DNA of 63,619 nucleotides, counting the filler, from Sphacelaria rigidula (lineage: Eukaryota): assembly GCA_964200075.2 (NCBI GenBank). It is 10 parts of 10 records of this genome, joined end to end, with 100 filler letters (N's around TTAATTAATTAA, not from the genome) between each part and the next. Parts side by side here need not be neighbours in the genome. Positions count along the whole stretch, not along the records: positions 19,118 to 25,389 come from CAXNAA020021091.1; positions 25,490 to 31,761 come from CAXNAA020021092.1; positions 31,862 to 38,133 come from CAXNAA020021093.1; 7 more parts are not named here. One strand, 5' to 3'. Every line of letters starts with the position of its first letter. The first letter of the stretch is position 1. Positions 24,553 through 36,540 of this stretch are shown here, piece after piece. The position numbers were made by a program, and so were the translations under genes. The notes below the pieces were generated by a model. It did not search any database and was not told where the DNA came from. It was given only the letters and a program-made list of their open reading frames with translations.

Positions 24553-24850
24553 GTGGCGGTCGTGCCTCGCGGTGTTCAGAAGGACAAACTGCGCGAGGAG
24601 TGCCTGGTTAGGGTCAAGACGCAGTCTCGAAAGTCAAAACCGGCTGCTGCGACTGCACCTAGCTGGGCGTACTTCGAAGGTTACGTTTTGGGGCGTTTAC
24701 GGGAGTACGCCTTGTGCACTCTGTGCATCGAGCAGGAGGAACATGAGCGAGCGGAGATCAAATATTCGCAGTCTCCAAGTAACCTTCTGAGGAACCTCAA
24801 TACCGAATTCCCCGGTCACCGAGATGCGTACAACGCCTGCATGGCGATTA
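24553..24850 (+). pseudogene. BED zinc finger, truncated hAT-type transposase N-terminus
   Basis: SWAYF...YALCTLC...IKYSQSPSNLLRNL...H fits the BED consensus (W.YF, A.CxxC, S.SNL.RHL...H). The frame runs into unrelated repeat DNA afterwards. Confidence 0.75.
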
Positions 24851-24914
24851 CGAATGAACGCTTGCATTGGTTCAACACGATTGTTGAAGTTTTTCTACGG
24901 GTATACTAACAGCT

Positions 24915-25091
24915 GTTCACACCCTGGACAGTATATGGTCAATAGATTCAATAGACGAGAAGTGTACTGCATGAAGTATGGGCCTATTGCAACTATTGCC
25001 GACCGACAATAGCCGCGGTAGGCCTATGCTTTATGCAGTACGTTTCTTGCCTTTTGCAACTATTGACCATATATTGTCCAAGGTGTGCAAC
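24915..25091. mobile_element. Foldback MITE (about 177-bp near-palindrome); second copy at 61150-61327
   Basis: cacaccctggacagtatatggtcaatag...gtactgcatgaagtatgggccta pairs with taggcctatgctttatgcagtac...ctattgaccatatattgtccaaggtgtg. Confidence 0.85.
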
Positions 25092-25264
25092 TATTTGAAG
25101 AAGAAACGTTTTCACACCCGGGCAGGCATCATCGAAGTGGCCCAAAATCATCCAAAAAATATCTTCTAGTGAAGCCAAATCGCGTAAAAATATGCCTCCG
25201 GCGGGCCCCCCTCACCAACCGGGGGGTGTCGGTGTTCGCGACTTCGCCGCGACACCTCTGTATT

Positions 25265-25318
25265 GATTATGATTATGATTATGATTATGATTATGATTAT
25301 GATTATGATTATGATTAT
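25265..25318 (+). repeat. (GATTAT)9 microsatellite
   Basis: Perfect hexamer run. Confidence 0.95.
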
Positions 25319-26932
25319 TTCCGCACATTAGTCCGATCTCGCGAACCCGTGGTCACAGACGTAGGCTCGCCTTTCCAATACCGTCCCTGNNNNNNNNNNN
25401 NNNNNNNNNNNNNNNNNNNNNNNNNNNNNNNNNTTAATTAATTAANNNNNNNNNNNNNNNNNNNNNNNNNNNNNNNNNNNNNNNNNNNNCGAATCAATTA
25501 TACTAAAACCAAGTAATTTCCAGACGAATCATTATTTGTCCGACCCTTGTAATCTTGTGTCATCTGCGTCGGCGTTGATGATGACCTTGCGGCCATCATG
25601 TTGATGTGTAAATGAGTGAACACTCTGTTGTACGCGCATACAGAAGGTTGGTTCTTTGGCAATCTCGCGTTGTTCATACACAGCGGTGGTAAGGCTTCTA
25701 GCGTGGTCGGCGGCGTCGGTGTCGGAAGGTGAAGTTCATCAGTGTGTTCAGTATCGCGCAGTACCGTAGGTTGCCGCTCGCCTTTTTTGCGCACAGTTGG
25801 GGCTGGTGCTACTTATGTTGCTGGCAAAATGGACACCTGGACATTACTGTTGGGTTTTGGTAAGGCTTCACGATGGTGACTTCTAGTAGATTTGTGCTCG
25901 CAAAGACAGGTGTTGATCGTAGTTTGTGAGCCGCGGACATTTTTCAAGTTTTTACTCCGATGTGAATACAAAACCGAACATGAATCTTCTCAGTCGAATA
26001 GTCTTGTCTGCCTTATTGGCTTGGTCAGGCGTTGTAATACGTTCGAAGCTTGTGTAGACGGCAGAGATCTGGCTCTCCTTCTTCCAACTTGACTTCTTAC
26101 AGAGCCACGAGCTGTGATCTGATGTGTCATGTCGGCAATGGTTTGCAGTGTCACCTCGACCGGATTATGGGTGGATTTCCGGCAAGCCTCCCCGTAGAAC
26201 CACGGCAGGTTCCAAGTCAAGCAAATCCGGCTACGATAGTGAGTTTCCAAAGGGTCGACCTTGTGATGTGGGTCAACAGACATTTCCGTACTTCTACCCA
26301 CTGTCCGACTGTGCGAATGATCGTGTGCGAGGCTTCGGTAAGACCATAATTGCTTGCGTGCTGTTCAGGGGTCTCTCGACTGTTGACATTTGTCGGATCA
26401 TGAGCGGGGCTAAACACTCCCCGCCCCCTCCCCCGTGGAGACCTTCTTGAACGGAGACAGGCTTGAATCGCGGTGCGCTAGCGCGTCTAATCCAGTGCCC
26501 ATCTGTTGGAGGTCTATACGCCCCCCTTTCCCGTTCTACGGTATGCGAACGACGTGAGCAAACGCGCACGCGGTAAATGAAATGTCTGAGGTAGTTCTTA
26601 TTCTCTCTCATCATTGAACTGTGTTGAGAGAGTCGCTGTAGATTACAGGAAAGCTGCACGCATCCCCGAATATGCCTGTGTCCAAAAACAGTGTTCATCT
26701 CAACCGAGTGGCCCTTTCCATTGTGTGTTGCTTACCTTACGCTTGGATGTGTGTTTCCAGTTACGGTACCTGCTTTGCAGCGTTTATTGTCGGCAACGGT
26801 CACCACCGTTGCCCCTCTCAACCCCCCTGCACCCTTCCGCCTAACTCGCACTCTATTTTTCGGTCGGAAACCACCTAACCTTGGTTAACACCGTAAGCAC
26901 AAATCCCAACAAATCTAATGTTGTCCATGCAG

Positions 26933-29900
26933 GGGGGCGCTTAAGCAGCTTCATGCGACCGCATATGCTGCACGCCCCGCCACCCCTCAATTATGGCCCG
27001 GGTGTGCCCGCCGCTGGCGCTGGCCCTGCCTACCTCCGCAAGCATTCGTTCTTCGATCTCGACGAAGACGAGGACGACGAGGTGTTTGACGCCGCCAAAA
27101 AAGAGGCTTTATCGACTCCGTCTGGTTCCGCCCCTGCAGCCGGATCTTCTCCATCCGGGAGGTCTGTTTCCGCCACGGGGTACGGTTCGGCCGGCCCGCA
27201 GAAAGGAACCGGTAGTGGTGCTACTTCTAATGTGTCGCCCGCATCGCCCTCCCCTCCCGGCAGCACGGGTTCATTTGCCGCACCTGCTACAAGTCCGGAT
27301 CAAACTGCCGCCACCGTGGAAGTGAAAAAAGACTCCCGGTCTTACGCGGATGTGGCAGCCGCCGGCTTGTCCAACAACAAGGTCGGCGCCAGCAGGCGAA
27401 CGGCTTCATCAACCGCCCCCGACTTTGCCTTCTCCGGGGACGATGATGCCGCGCGAGCGGCCGGAAATGCAGGTGGGCGGTCGGGCACTGGTGGTGCCAA
27501 CGTTGAGGAAGCGGGTGGCAATAACGAGACGGCAGGCGGGCGATTGGTGGATGGGGTCGGGGGTGGTGGTGGAGGGGGTGCTCACGGTTCGTCGACGCCC
27601 CTGATGCGGGGCGGGAGGCGCACGGTCGCGGGGGCGATGGAACGGCGGCGTATGCTGCTGGTGAGTACGCTCACCCATGTGTTCGTGTCGTCATTTCCAT
27701 TTGTGTGCTTTTGCCATGGTGTGTTTTATGTCCATGTCGGGAGGTGCAAATGTGAGCCTGTGCACCTTTTAGTCTGCGAGCACGAGCGGAATCCGTTAGG
27801 TGTAGAATAGCCTTCAGTACACGCCAGATCGCGCGAAGTGATGGGGGAACACTCGTGTCGTATATATGTCTCGACAGGATGGTCGCACGAGGTGTATGTG
27901 CTGGTGCTGGTGATTCAGCATCGTCGACCTGCTGTACATATCGATGATGCATAGAAGCTTCAGTTACATTTTTAGCAATACTCACGCAATAAGTGCAAGA
28001 TACCCCCCGCCCCATGTACATGGTGATTACTTGATCACACAGAAGGGGGCAATACAGTATGCTCCCCGCTCGTCCAATAAACTTGTCATGCCTTCAACGG
28101 TCATCAATTTCCCTCCTGTTTGTTCCGTTCACTTCTCTATGTTTTTGCTATTCATGTCGCGGTGTCTGTGAAAAGGCATGCCGCACACTGCGAGCGCAAA
28201 TAAACCATTATGAAGCGGCCTTCCAACAAGAGTACGGCCATGCCCCGAAGGGGCGGGAGCGATCGCCACTGGTGTCAACCTATGCGCAGTATAAGAGCTG
28301 GAAAAAGTTCATCAGGGATGACGCAAGCACCCAAATACAGGTACGCTGACTTTGGGGGTAATCAGACCAGCATACAGTCGTCGTTTTATGTGCATCCATG
28401 GAAACCGGTCCCTTGCGCAGGTTGAAACCTTCGCGTAGCTTCAAGACCACGCGGTTGCCGACACCCGTAAGGGCATGGAAGCAACGGCCTCCATTCTAGA
28501 CGCTAACACCTGACCGTTTCGTATCCCCCAAACGAGCCTTCGCCATCACTCACGCGCTCCTCATGCCCCATTACAACTACCTGTTCCTGTTGGCGCGTCC
28601 GACGTGTACCACTTCCCACGATGCGGGAAAAACAGTCGTTCTACCGTGGTTACCGAGAAAGAAATCACCACCCGGAAGTCCCACGCCTCCTGCGAAAGAA
28701 TGCACCACCACCACCACCACCGCCACCGCCATTATCCGTCATCCCAGGCCAAGCTCAACAACAGCAGCTGTCTCAGCAGCAGCAGCAGCAGCAAGCCGTA
28801 GGTGGTGCGGGAGGCTCCCTGTCCCCCCCGGCAGTGGTTCCCGGCGTCGGCGGCGGGCTTGGGTCTGCCGGCGGCGCCGCCCCACCGTCACCCTCTTCTG
28901 CGGTGTCTGCAAAAGGAGGCCTCTCGTCGGCACTGTCACCAACGCCAGCACAGCATTCACCGCAGCAGCAGAAGACCGCCGTCACGGGGGCAGGGGTGGT
29001 GGGAGCCGGGGCAGGCGCAGGGGGTGGAGGGGGAGGAGTAGGGTTTGGTGCGGAGCCGCCACCGTCATTGTCGAACTCGTCGCCACATCAGCCGCAGCAG
29101 CAGCAGCAGCAGCAGCAGCAGCCAAAACAGCAGCAACAGCAGCAGCAACAACAACCTCACCGTCCAATGCTGGCGTCGCGGACGCTCAGCACGAGTCCGA
29201 CAACCCCGAAGGGTGCGTTTTCGAATGCAATAGACGCCGCTGCGGTAGTGGGGGCGGCGACAGACGGAGCGGCGGGAGGCAGTGCAGGGTTCGGGGCGAC
29301 TCCAGGGTCGGGCTCTGGCGTTGCGGGAGGAGGAATGGAGGTGATCGTGAGTGGCGCAGTAGCAACGTCGGCTCCGACGGCGCCCGGGGGTGCGGGCGGG
29401 ATGACTGCGGAGGAAGAGGTGCGGGTGGCTTTGACGACGAGGTTGACGCATCTTTTGGACGAGAAGCGGCGCATCAAGGCGCAGCTGAAGGAGTTTGACA
29501 TGAATTTCTTTGGACGAAGTGGCCGCCTGGTGAGTAGTATGATACTTTTTTTGTCGCTGCTGTATTGCTATGCGTGTCTTACTGCGGCGCTGCATTCGAC
29601 CGTCAGCCTTTTTCGCTCGACTAGTGCGTTGATGAGGAAAATGACGGGGTACGATACCATAGCGTACACTGACACGCAGGAGGTGGTTGAACTCCCCGTG
29701 ACCACGTGTATTCAGTATCGTCTGATTCTCTGGCGGCTAATGACAGGGATTAGCGGGTTCGTCTGCCAGCAGGAGACGAATTGAATGGTCTTTATTTGTC
29801 GCGGCTTTGAGGTTGGGCCGGTAAGAGAACGGGTCGGAAAGACCATCACAGGGATATCCACGCAGTGTTTCTCACCATCTGGTATTTTGGGATGTTGAAC

Positions 29901-31661
29901 TTTTGTGAAACAATTTTGGATGTTATTTTACAACCTCTCCTCAATCACCCAACGTTGTTTTTTTCATGTTTGATCGACGTTCAGCCCACAAAGGCAGAAA
30001 AGGAACCGATGCGTCATCTCTACGACAAGTACAATGGTCTCAAACACCAGATTCGCGACGTGGAAGGGTTACTCGTCGCGCACCGACAGCAGGTGAGGGT
30101 AGTTAAACATGTATGCGTCTACAACAGTGTGATGATAACCATCAAATTTGCGCCCCTTGTGCCATTTTGAGCTGGAGGGGTATTGTGGTGTAAGCTGTGG
30201 GCAGTGACTGCAGGTTTATTTCAGTTCTGATCGGCAATATCGTCAGCCAGTGTTCCGGTTGGGTACGTATGTGTTGTGACCACGACGAGATTTCGTAGCG
30301 GAAATATTTCTGTGCAACAATCAGTCAGGTCCAATGGTATTAATTGCGATGTGCTTGAAAACAGGGCTTCTAACGGGATGAAGGTCGCACGGGATGGAAC
30401 GGGTCGAGAATTCTCGTCCCGTCCCGTCGTGTTTTTGACCACGGGATAATGGTCCCGTCTCGTCAGTTTTTTGACGACGGAAAAATGTTCCCCGTCACGT
30501 AACGTGTTTTCATGACCGGAACACGTTCCCGTCCCATCCCGCCCCGTCCCCAGAGGGAAATGCTCCATGTTTCCCTGGGAAATTCCCGTCAGATTTGACG
30601 GGACTTTTCCGTGCAGCAACGGAAATTCCTGTCGAATCTGATGGGAACTTGAGCTCATCTTCGCACATGTGAAATCATCTTTTTTCATTTTCAGGCTTAG
30701 GTTCCTTGCAACCCACTCCTACATTTCACACGAAAGATGACACGTCACTATCATCGTAACCGGGGCTTGCAATGGGACTTCGAGATCGGACGGGACCGGA
30801 CGGAAATTCGACTCCTCTCGAAGGCTACGAGACGAGGGTTGGATTTTTGTTTATTTCAACGCCGGCCACGAAACGTCAGGGAAAGACTTGTCCGATATAT
30901 ATATATATATATATTGCTTAGAGTGTGCCTCGCATAGCCGCCATCCCCGTCCCCCCAGCGCCCCCCTCCTCTTCGCCGGGACTGTCGGACGATGATGCCG
31001 TTTCGAACATTGCGTTGGGCTTGGAGCATTAAAGAACTGCTCACCTGCATATTCAGGAGGATGAGTTTTAGCAGTTGAACTCGAACCTATTCCCGCCCTC
31101 CACCGCTGTCGTTGTTGCCAGCACTCGCCCCACATGCAGTACACGCCGCCGCAGAGCCCGTACACAGCTTCCCCGAGATCAGGATGGAGCACAGCAAGCA
31201 GCACAGGCGGAGCGGCAACAACACCAGCAGCAACACCATCTACAACGACGCCAGCGGCCATCGCAGAAGCGGTGAGTATTGGAAACGTGAACACATCCCC
31301 TAATACCCCAACGATGGTCAGCAGCAATAACACCGTCACTGGCGTGCACGAGGTCCGCACCAGTCCGTCGTCATACGGCAACGGTCCTGGCGCGACGAGC
31401 ACCGGTCCGCGAGCCGGCGCCGTCGTCGGATCGCCGTCTAGCGTGGCCGGGGCCGTGGCGGCTTCTGCTGCTGCTGCTGCGGCGGCGGCGGCGGCCGCAG
31501 CGGCAACGGCGGCCGCGGTGGGGAGCGGCGAAAGGGGGAGCGGCTCGGTGGGCGGCGCGAGTGCCGCCGAGAGGCTCGAGCAACTCAAGAAGGAAAAGCG
31601 AGTGCTGCACGTGATGCTCAAGAATTTCGAGAAGGACTTCAAGGAGAGGAATGGCCGCGAG
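26933..31661 (+). CDS. IQ-motif protein with repeated FAM13-like C-terminal helical domains and Q/G/A/S-rich linkers. Internal exons 26933-27660, 28176-28340, 28636-29529, 29985-30092, 31122-31661; both ends missing
   Basis: GT-AG exons join in frame: [62 protein letters not shown] (IQ motif), [46 protein letters not shown], and [26 protein letters not shown]|. The EK..L...L..F...F....GR.....P....Y..YK pattern resembles the FAM13A C-terminus. Confidence 0.85.
30364..30835. mobile_element. Intronic MITE-like element with ACGGG/CCCGT subterminal repeats
   Basis: Many direct and inverted acggga/tcccgt motifs inside the intron. Confidence 0.55.
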
Positions 31662-31701
31662 GTGTGTGGGTGTGATGGTTGAGGGTGGGGGTACAGGGCG
31701 G

Positions 31702-31761
31702 GAGGGGGTGGGGGGGGGGGCGTACTCATTTGTTGCTTGCCTTAGTCATTTGACCATTGAC
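31702..31761 (-). mobile_element. LINE (family B) 3' terminus with poly(C) tail
   Basis: G run followed by cgtactcatttgttgcttgccttagtcatttgaccattgac, which encodes VNGQMTKASNK* on the minus strand. Confidence 0.85.
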
Positions 31762-31861
31762 NNNNNNNNNNNNNNNNNNNNNNNNNNNNNNNNNNNNNNN
31801 NNNNNTTAATTAATTAANNNNNNNNNNNNNNNNNNNNNNNNNNNNNNNNNNNNNNNNNNNN

Positions 31862-31924
31862 GTAGGGATGCGAGGTCAATGGTCTTATGACTATGGCATG
31901 CATGATCATGAGTACCCCCCCCCC
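31862..31924 (+). mobile_element. Family A 3' end with C10 tail
   Basis: gtagggatgcgaggtcaatggtcttatgactatggcatgcatgatcatgagtacccccccccc. Confidence 0.9.
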
Positions 31925-32281
31925 AGTGCCTCTTACCCTACAGTTGATTGTAAAGAAAATTGGACCGGTACTCCCGGAGGTTGTCCACTTGCGTGAAGTC
32001 ACTGTGCTAATACATTGTTTTGTGGCAAAACTCCAAGCGAGGTAGGACATAACATAGCAGCAGCAGCTGGAAGACTGTGATCCTGCCCTACCTACGAAAC
32101 CTTTTATCATAACGCTACTCGTGCGTGTTCATATATATATATATATGCGTGTGTCAATTGCGCTGTCTACGCTGTCGAAACATGACGGAGCATGTGGTCT
32201 TCACCCATAGATTATTACCCGCCGATGGTCACATTATGCAATTTCCTGCTTTTCGAATATGCGTTCCAAACGGCGATCCAG

Positions 32282-33136
32282 ATGGGTTTCTTGAAGTATG
32301 TGTACAAGGCAGTGGACAACCACAAGACATGCAAGTCGAACGCGAAGCTGGCGGCCGAACTCGCAGCCTCTCGAGCAAAAAAGCAATATTGCATGGGCAA
32401 TTCGCCTCGGGTTGTGGATCGACGCGGCAAGGCGTCCTCGTCAACCTCACGTTATGCTCGGGAAGAGTCGTCCAAGGGAAGAAGACGACTCTTGGAGCAG
32501 AAGCGGGGGATCCTCCTTGAACTGAAAGGTGTCGTGTCCAGACAAGCAGATGCCTTAGACCGATTGGCAGAGGGGTGTGACACCGGCACCTCTGCCAGCT
32601 CTAGAAGAACCAGCACTACTTCCTCCAGAGCAAGCTCGCTTCTCGGCCGTCATAACAGCGATGGGATTGTGGTCGATCTACGTCGAGATGCGTCATCATA
32701 CAGAGATGGTATGGAGTCCACATCTCGTGGTCATCACCGTCATCACACGTCCGCGGTGTGTTCCACCGTACCACCGCACTCGTCAATCCGATCCGGGCGA
32801 ACATATTGTACCGACAGCTCCAGCGGAAACAGCAACGCTATCAAACCGCAGCGAAGGTTATCACCACCAACCCAACCAGAAAATGACGCTACGTCAAATT
32901 TCTTGTCTATGGGAGGGCGATGGGGAAAGGCAGCCAAATACGCAGAGGCCGACATGCCCACCAGCGGGCATCGGAGTTCCATCGCGTCCTCCGCTTCGTA
33001 CGCTTCGTACGGCGGGCGGGGAGACAGCAGGCGCAACGGGGCGAAATATTGTGCGGAATTGCGTGTAAATAAGGGCGGTTGCCGTATCCCAAAAGGAGTG
33101 CCGGCGCTGCCTATTGGGCGACAGAAGTGTGCATAA
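32282..33136 (+). CDS. Hypothetical S/R-rich protein (open frame 32192-33136)
   Basis: Long open frame with a short helical N-terminal segment (AKLAAELAASRAKK...LLEQKRGILLELKGVVSRQADALDRL) followed by a disordered Ser/Arg tail. No recognised domain. Confidence 0.4.
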   Translation: MGFLKYVYKAVDNHKTCKSNAKLAAELAASRAKKQYCMGNSPRVVDRRGKASSSTSRYAREESSKGRRRLLEQKRGILLELKGVVSRQADALDRLAEGCDTGTSASSRRTSTTSSRASSLLGRHNSDGIVVDLRRDASSYRDGMESTSRGHHRHHTSAVCSTVPPHSSIRSGRTYCTDSSSGNSNAIKPQRRLSPPTQPENDATSNFLSMGGRWGKAAKYAEADMPTSGHRSSIASSASYASYGGRGDSRRNGAKYCAELRVNKGGCRIPKGVPALPIGRQKCA

Positions 33137-35048
33137 AGCGGGCGATAAATCTCTGTGCGTTATCGACGTAGCCATAGAAGTAGGAGCTGGTAGTGATGAG
33201 TCATGAAGGTGTTTTTTGTGATCCCGAGAGCGGGGGACCGGAGAGGGAGACTCCGACAGAAGTGCTTTCCGGAGACAAGGGCCGAAGCGGCGTGCGAAAA
33301 CAAACACAACAAGATAAAATTATCTTCTACATGCACGCATTCGGGAATCATTTCAGGAAGGTGCACAGAAAGTACGGGATGCAGCGGTGATTATTTCGAC
33401 GGAAGCGACAGAAATAGTTAAGCGGAATTCAGAAAGCATGCTGAACCCCCTTCTGAACACGGCTTCTCTGTTGAATGACAAATCCGAACGTTCCGCCCCC
33501 GCGGATACACTCAGATCAAGAATTGCTCACACTAGAGGCATTTCTCGATTCGGCGCTGTGTTGGTACTCGAACACGTCATCGATCAATCGATAAACCTGG
33601 AAGATATCACGTCACGCTTTGTACGCAGATGATTTTCCTCGTCTAACAATATAGATCGTTTCATTGTTGGGCTGGTACTATCCCCTCGACATATAGTTGT
33701 CAAGCTGTAAACAAAACATTTTCGACGATAGCGTTTTGTCCAGGTTCTTCGGTTACCACGACTCCTCATTGTTTCTGCTTGATCCCAAAATTTGGAAATC
33801 GAAAGACAGGAGTACCCGGCACATTAAAAAATAATAATAATATACTCGACGACCAATTTTGATGGAGGTATGGACTCACCGGTCTTTTAGGGTCCTATGA
33901 GTGTACATTCCTCGGTTCTCGCTCTTTGATATTTTCTCTCGACCGAACCGATCCGGATCGTTATAATGAATGATTACATTCCTTCGGTTTTTCAATTTTC
34001 GCGATATTCATGGCCCTACCCCCCGAAAAACCATGTTTTTGGGCCGTATACGGTCAATAATACCCCCCGATGAACGGAGTGTTACTCCGCATCGTTACGA
34101 CAACACAACATTACCAAACATGTCCTGAGTACGACCTACTTCATTTTCCAACGCCTACCGACTCCCAAACTCTCGAGTGAAGGTGACGAATCGCCTGTGA
34201 AAAAAAAAATGATTGGTTGAATACCATATTTGAAGTTTAACTGCTGTACAGTACATGACATGGATCGCCGCGACCTCGTGACGAACTCTTCTCGGAAACG
34301 AGGGCGCTCTTCCCCGCGACGACGACGCAACCGTGAATACCCCTGCGCTGCAATACAACAACGTCCACTCAGAATCCATGATGGAGCGGCACCGAACAGC
34401 GCCACCTCCCCAGGCCATTCGTTTGCCACCGTCAAGTACCGGTAACATCTATGGTCTGCTTGTGAGGGTAGAGTCGGCCGCACTGCCTCGACCACATGTG
34501 GGTTTCCGTGGTTTACTTCGATTTTCAGGTCGAGTGAGGCCCCATAGATCTGGGATAGTAGAAGACGAACTCGTCTCCAACAACCACGAAAACCTGTTCC
34601 TCGCGTACATTTCCACCGCTCCTCAGAGATATCACTACTTCCGCGCTACGGGAAGGTAGGTCATGTCTCTATTTGAGTTTGTCGCGATGCTCCACGCGTG
34701 GTTGAAAGCAGCCAGGGAGGGGACGGGCGAAGGGGCCGACAACAGGGAGGTGGAGGTTGGAACGCAGTGGAAAGACGAGGTCACCGAGTCCGTGTTGCTT
34801 CCGCTGCAAACTCTCTGCGAAACATACTGGCTGTCAGTGCTGGTTTAACGTCTGGTGATGCTGAGGGGCCAGTCGCCTCACATTTCTTGAAGTAAGCGTC
34901 ATTCCGAGACCATGATAGCAGCAGCCTCCGCGCGCTGGGAGAAGCTGTGGCAAGTTACGACGCGGTAAGCACTCCCAGATGTAGTTGATACATGCCTTCC
35001 CACGGTAATCTAGCCGAACACCTGTCGTTACATAACTGTTCACTATGC

Positions 35049-35352
35049 GCCCCGGTGGTGTAAGGGTTCGACTGTCGCCATTAGGGTGGAGAGAACGAGG
35101 GTTCTATTCCCGATGCGTTGGGTTTTTCTTCGTAATATATGATTTTCACCGTGGAAAGCGTGAGAACGCGAGTAAACAAAGTAGTTGACTCAGTTTGTTT
35201 GGCGTGAGTTGACGAGGTGAGGGAGTGCTGTCCCAATCCGCGAGACTTAAATGCAAGGCGTGTACCGGGGGAGAGATGGGTTGATCCCTTGAGACCACGG
35301 ACTCATCCCGAGAAAGGCGAGGGGTTCAAAGTGCGACAAATAAAATAAAATA
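35049..35352 (+). mobile_element. tRNA-derived SINE with (TAAAA)n tail
   Basis: Head gccccggtggtgtaaggg...gagggttctattccc. The 3' part ttgatc.cttgagaccacg.actcatcccgag is shared with 60775-61129 (-). A-rich tail. Confidence 0.7.
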
Positions 35353-36451
35353 CTGTAATGATATAACAATAATATCGGGTAGATTTGGGTACGAGCTCGA
35401 TGCCTTTCAAACTTTGGGTATTGAAGGTACGAATGCAATTACCTGCCCATAAACTGAGTACCGAGAGTATTGGGTATACTCTACCGGACCGATCCTTGGG
35501 ATGTTTGTTAGTAGGTTGTTGAGAGGCTGGTACATTTGATGTACTTTCCTACGATTTTGCGGCATGTTCTAACTCCTGTTGACTGTATCTTTTTCCTTGT
35601 GACCGGCCATATTTTGTCGCACTATTCGAATAACGCACTGTAGTCATTCTGAGATGATTAATGGTATGCTATCACTAGCCACTCCTCGGTTTATTGCTCA
35701 GGTTCCACACATATTTGCGTAGGTTTCGATAGTGGTTGGGCGATGTCGGGTTGGAGTTGTAACAACTGGCGCTACTCTCTCTGGTTTTGTTTTATTTTTA
35801 CGGTAGAGAGTTGGCTGGAGTCTCCGTGGTGTTGATGTGAGCAGTTTACCCGTAGTAGATAATTTATTGCTGACTGTAAATATATAGTTTTTGTACGTAC
35901 CTTCTTGGTGAAATTTTGAAATGAACAGCCCCCCCCCGCCCCCCCCCCCCCCCCCCCCCCCGGCGCAATGTTCAAACTGAAATCGCCAGTTGGAGGTTGG
36001 GTGTATCGCGTATGGCCTTCAGGCTGAAGGGGGCCGGTATGGCGAGCGGTATCGCTATGCAGCTGAGACGACAGCGCCTGTTATTCTACAGGAGTAGTAC
36101 TTCTCTTGCGTGTACTCTCACACCCAGTGAACAAGCGCTTCGGCCCTCTGCAGGACGGGCGGTGATTTTGACGCCTTCTGCAGATCCTCTTCACACCTCG
36201 CTTTCCGCCCTCTTACTGTTGAGACCTTGTTCCTTTTGCGATGCTTTGTTCCCGCTTCACGGTTCCGCGGATCTGCTGTTGTAAATTGCCGTAGTCGGGG
36301 TGGGATCGACTAGATATGTTGCGTTTGATCTCCACTATGATCACGTTGTAATGCGTGGGAGGACCGCGAGTTTTCTGGATCGCATCGTAGGGGAAAAAAA
36401 AAACAGGAACGTTTTTCAAAACCAATCGGGCCAGTCCCTGCAGGGACCGCG

Positions 36452-36540
36452 CCCCTGACCCTAACACTAACCTTAACCTTAACCTTAATCTTAACCTTAA
36501 CCTTAAACTTAAACTTAAACTTAATCCTAACCCTAACCAT
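36452..36540 (+). repeat. Degenerate interstitial telomere-like (CCCTAA/CCTTAA)n tract
   Basis: About 14 hexamers ccctaa/ccttaa/acttaa, preceded by the palindrome gtccctgcagggac. A shorter similar tract lies at 11197-11226. Confidence 0.8.

Noticed and set aside
36452..36540. True telomere
   Set aside because: Short, degenerate and internal to a contig.
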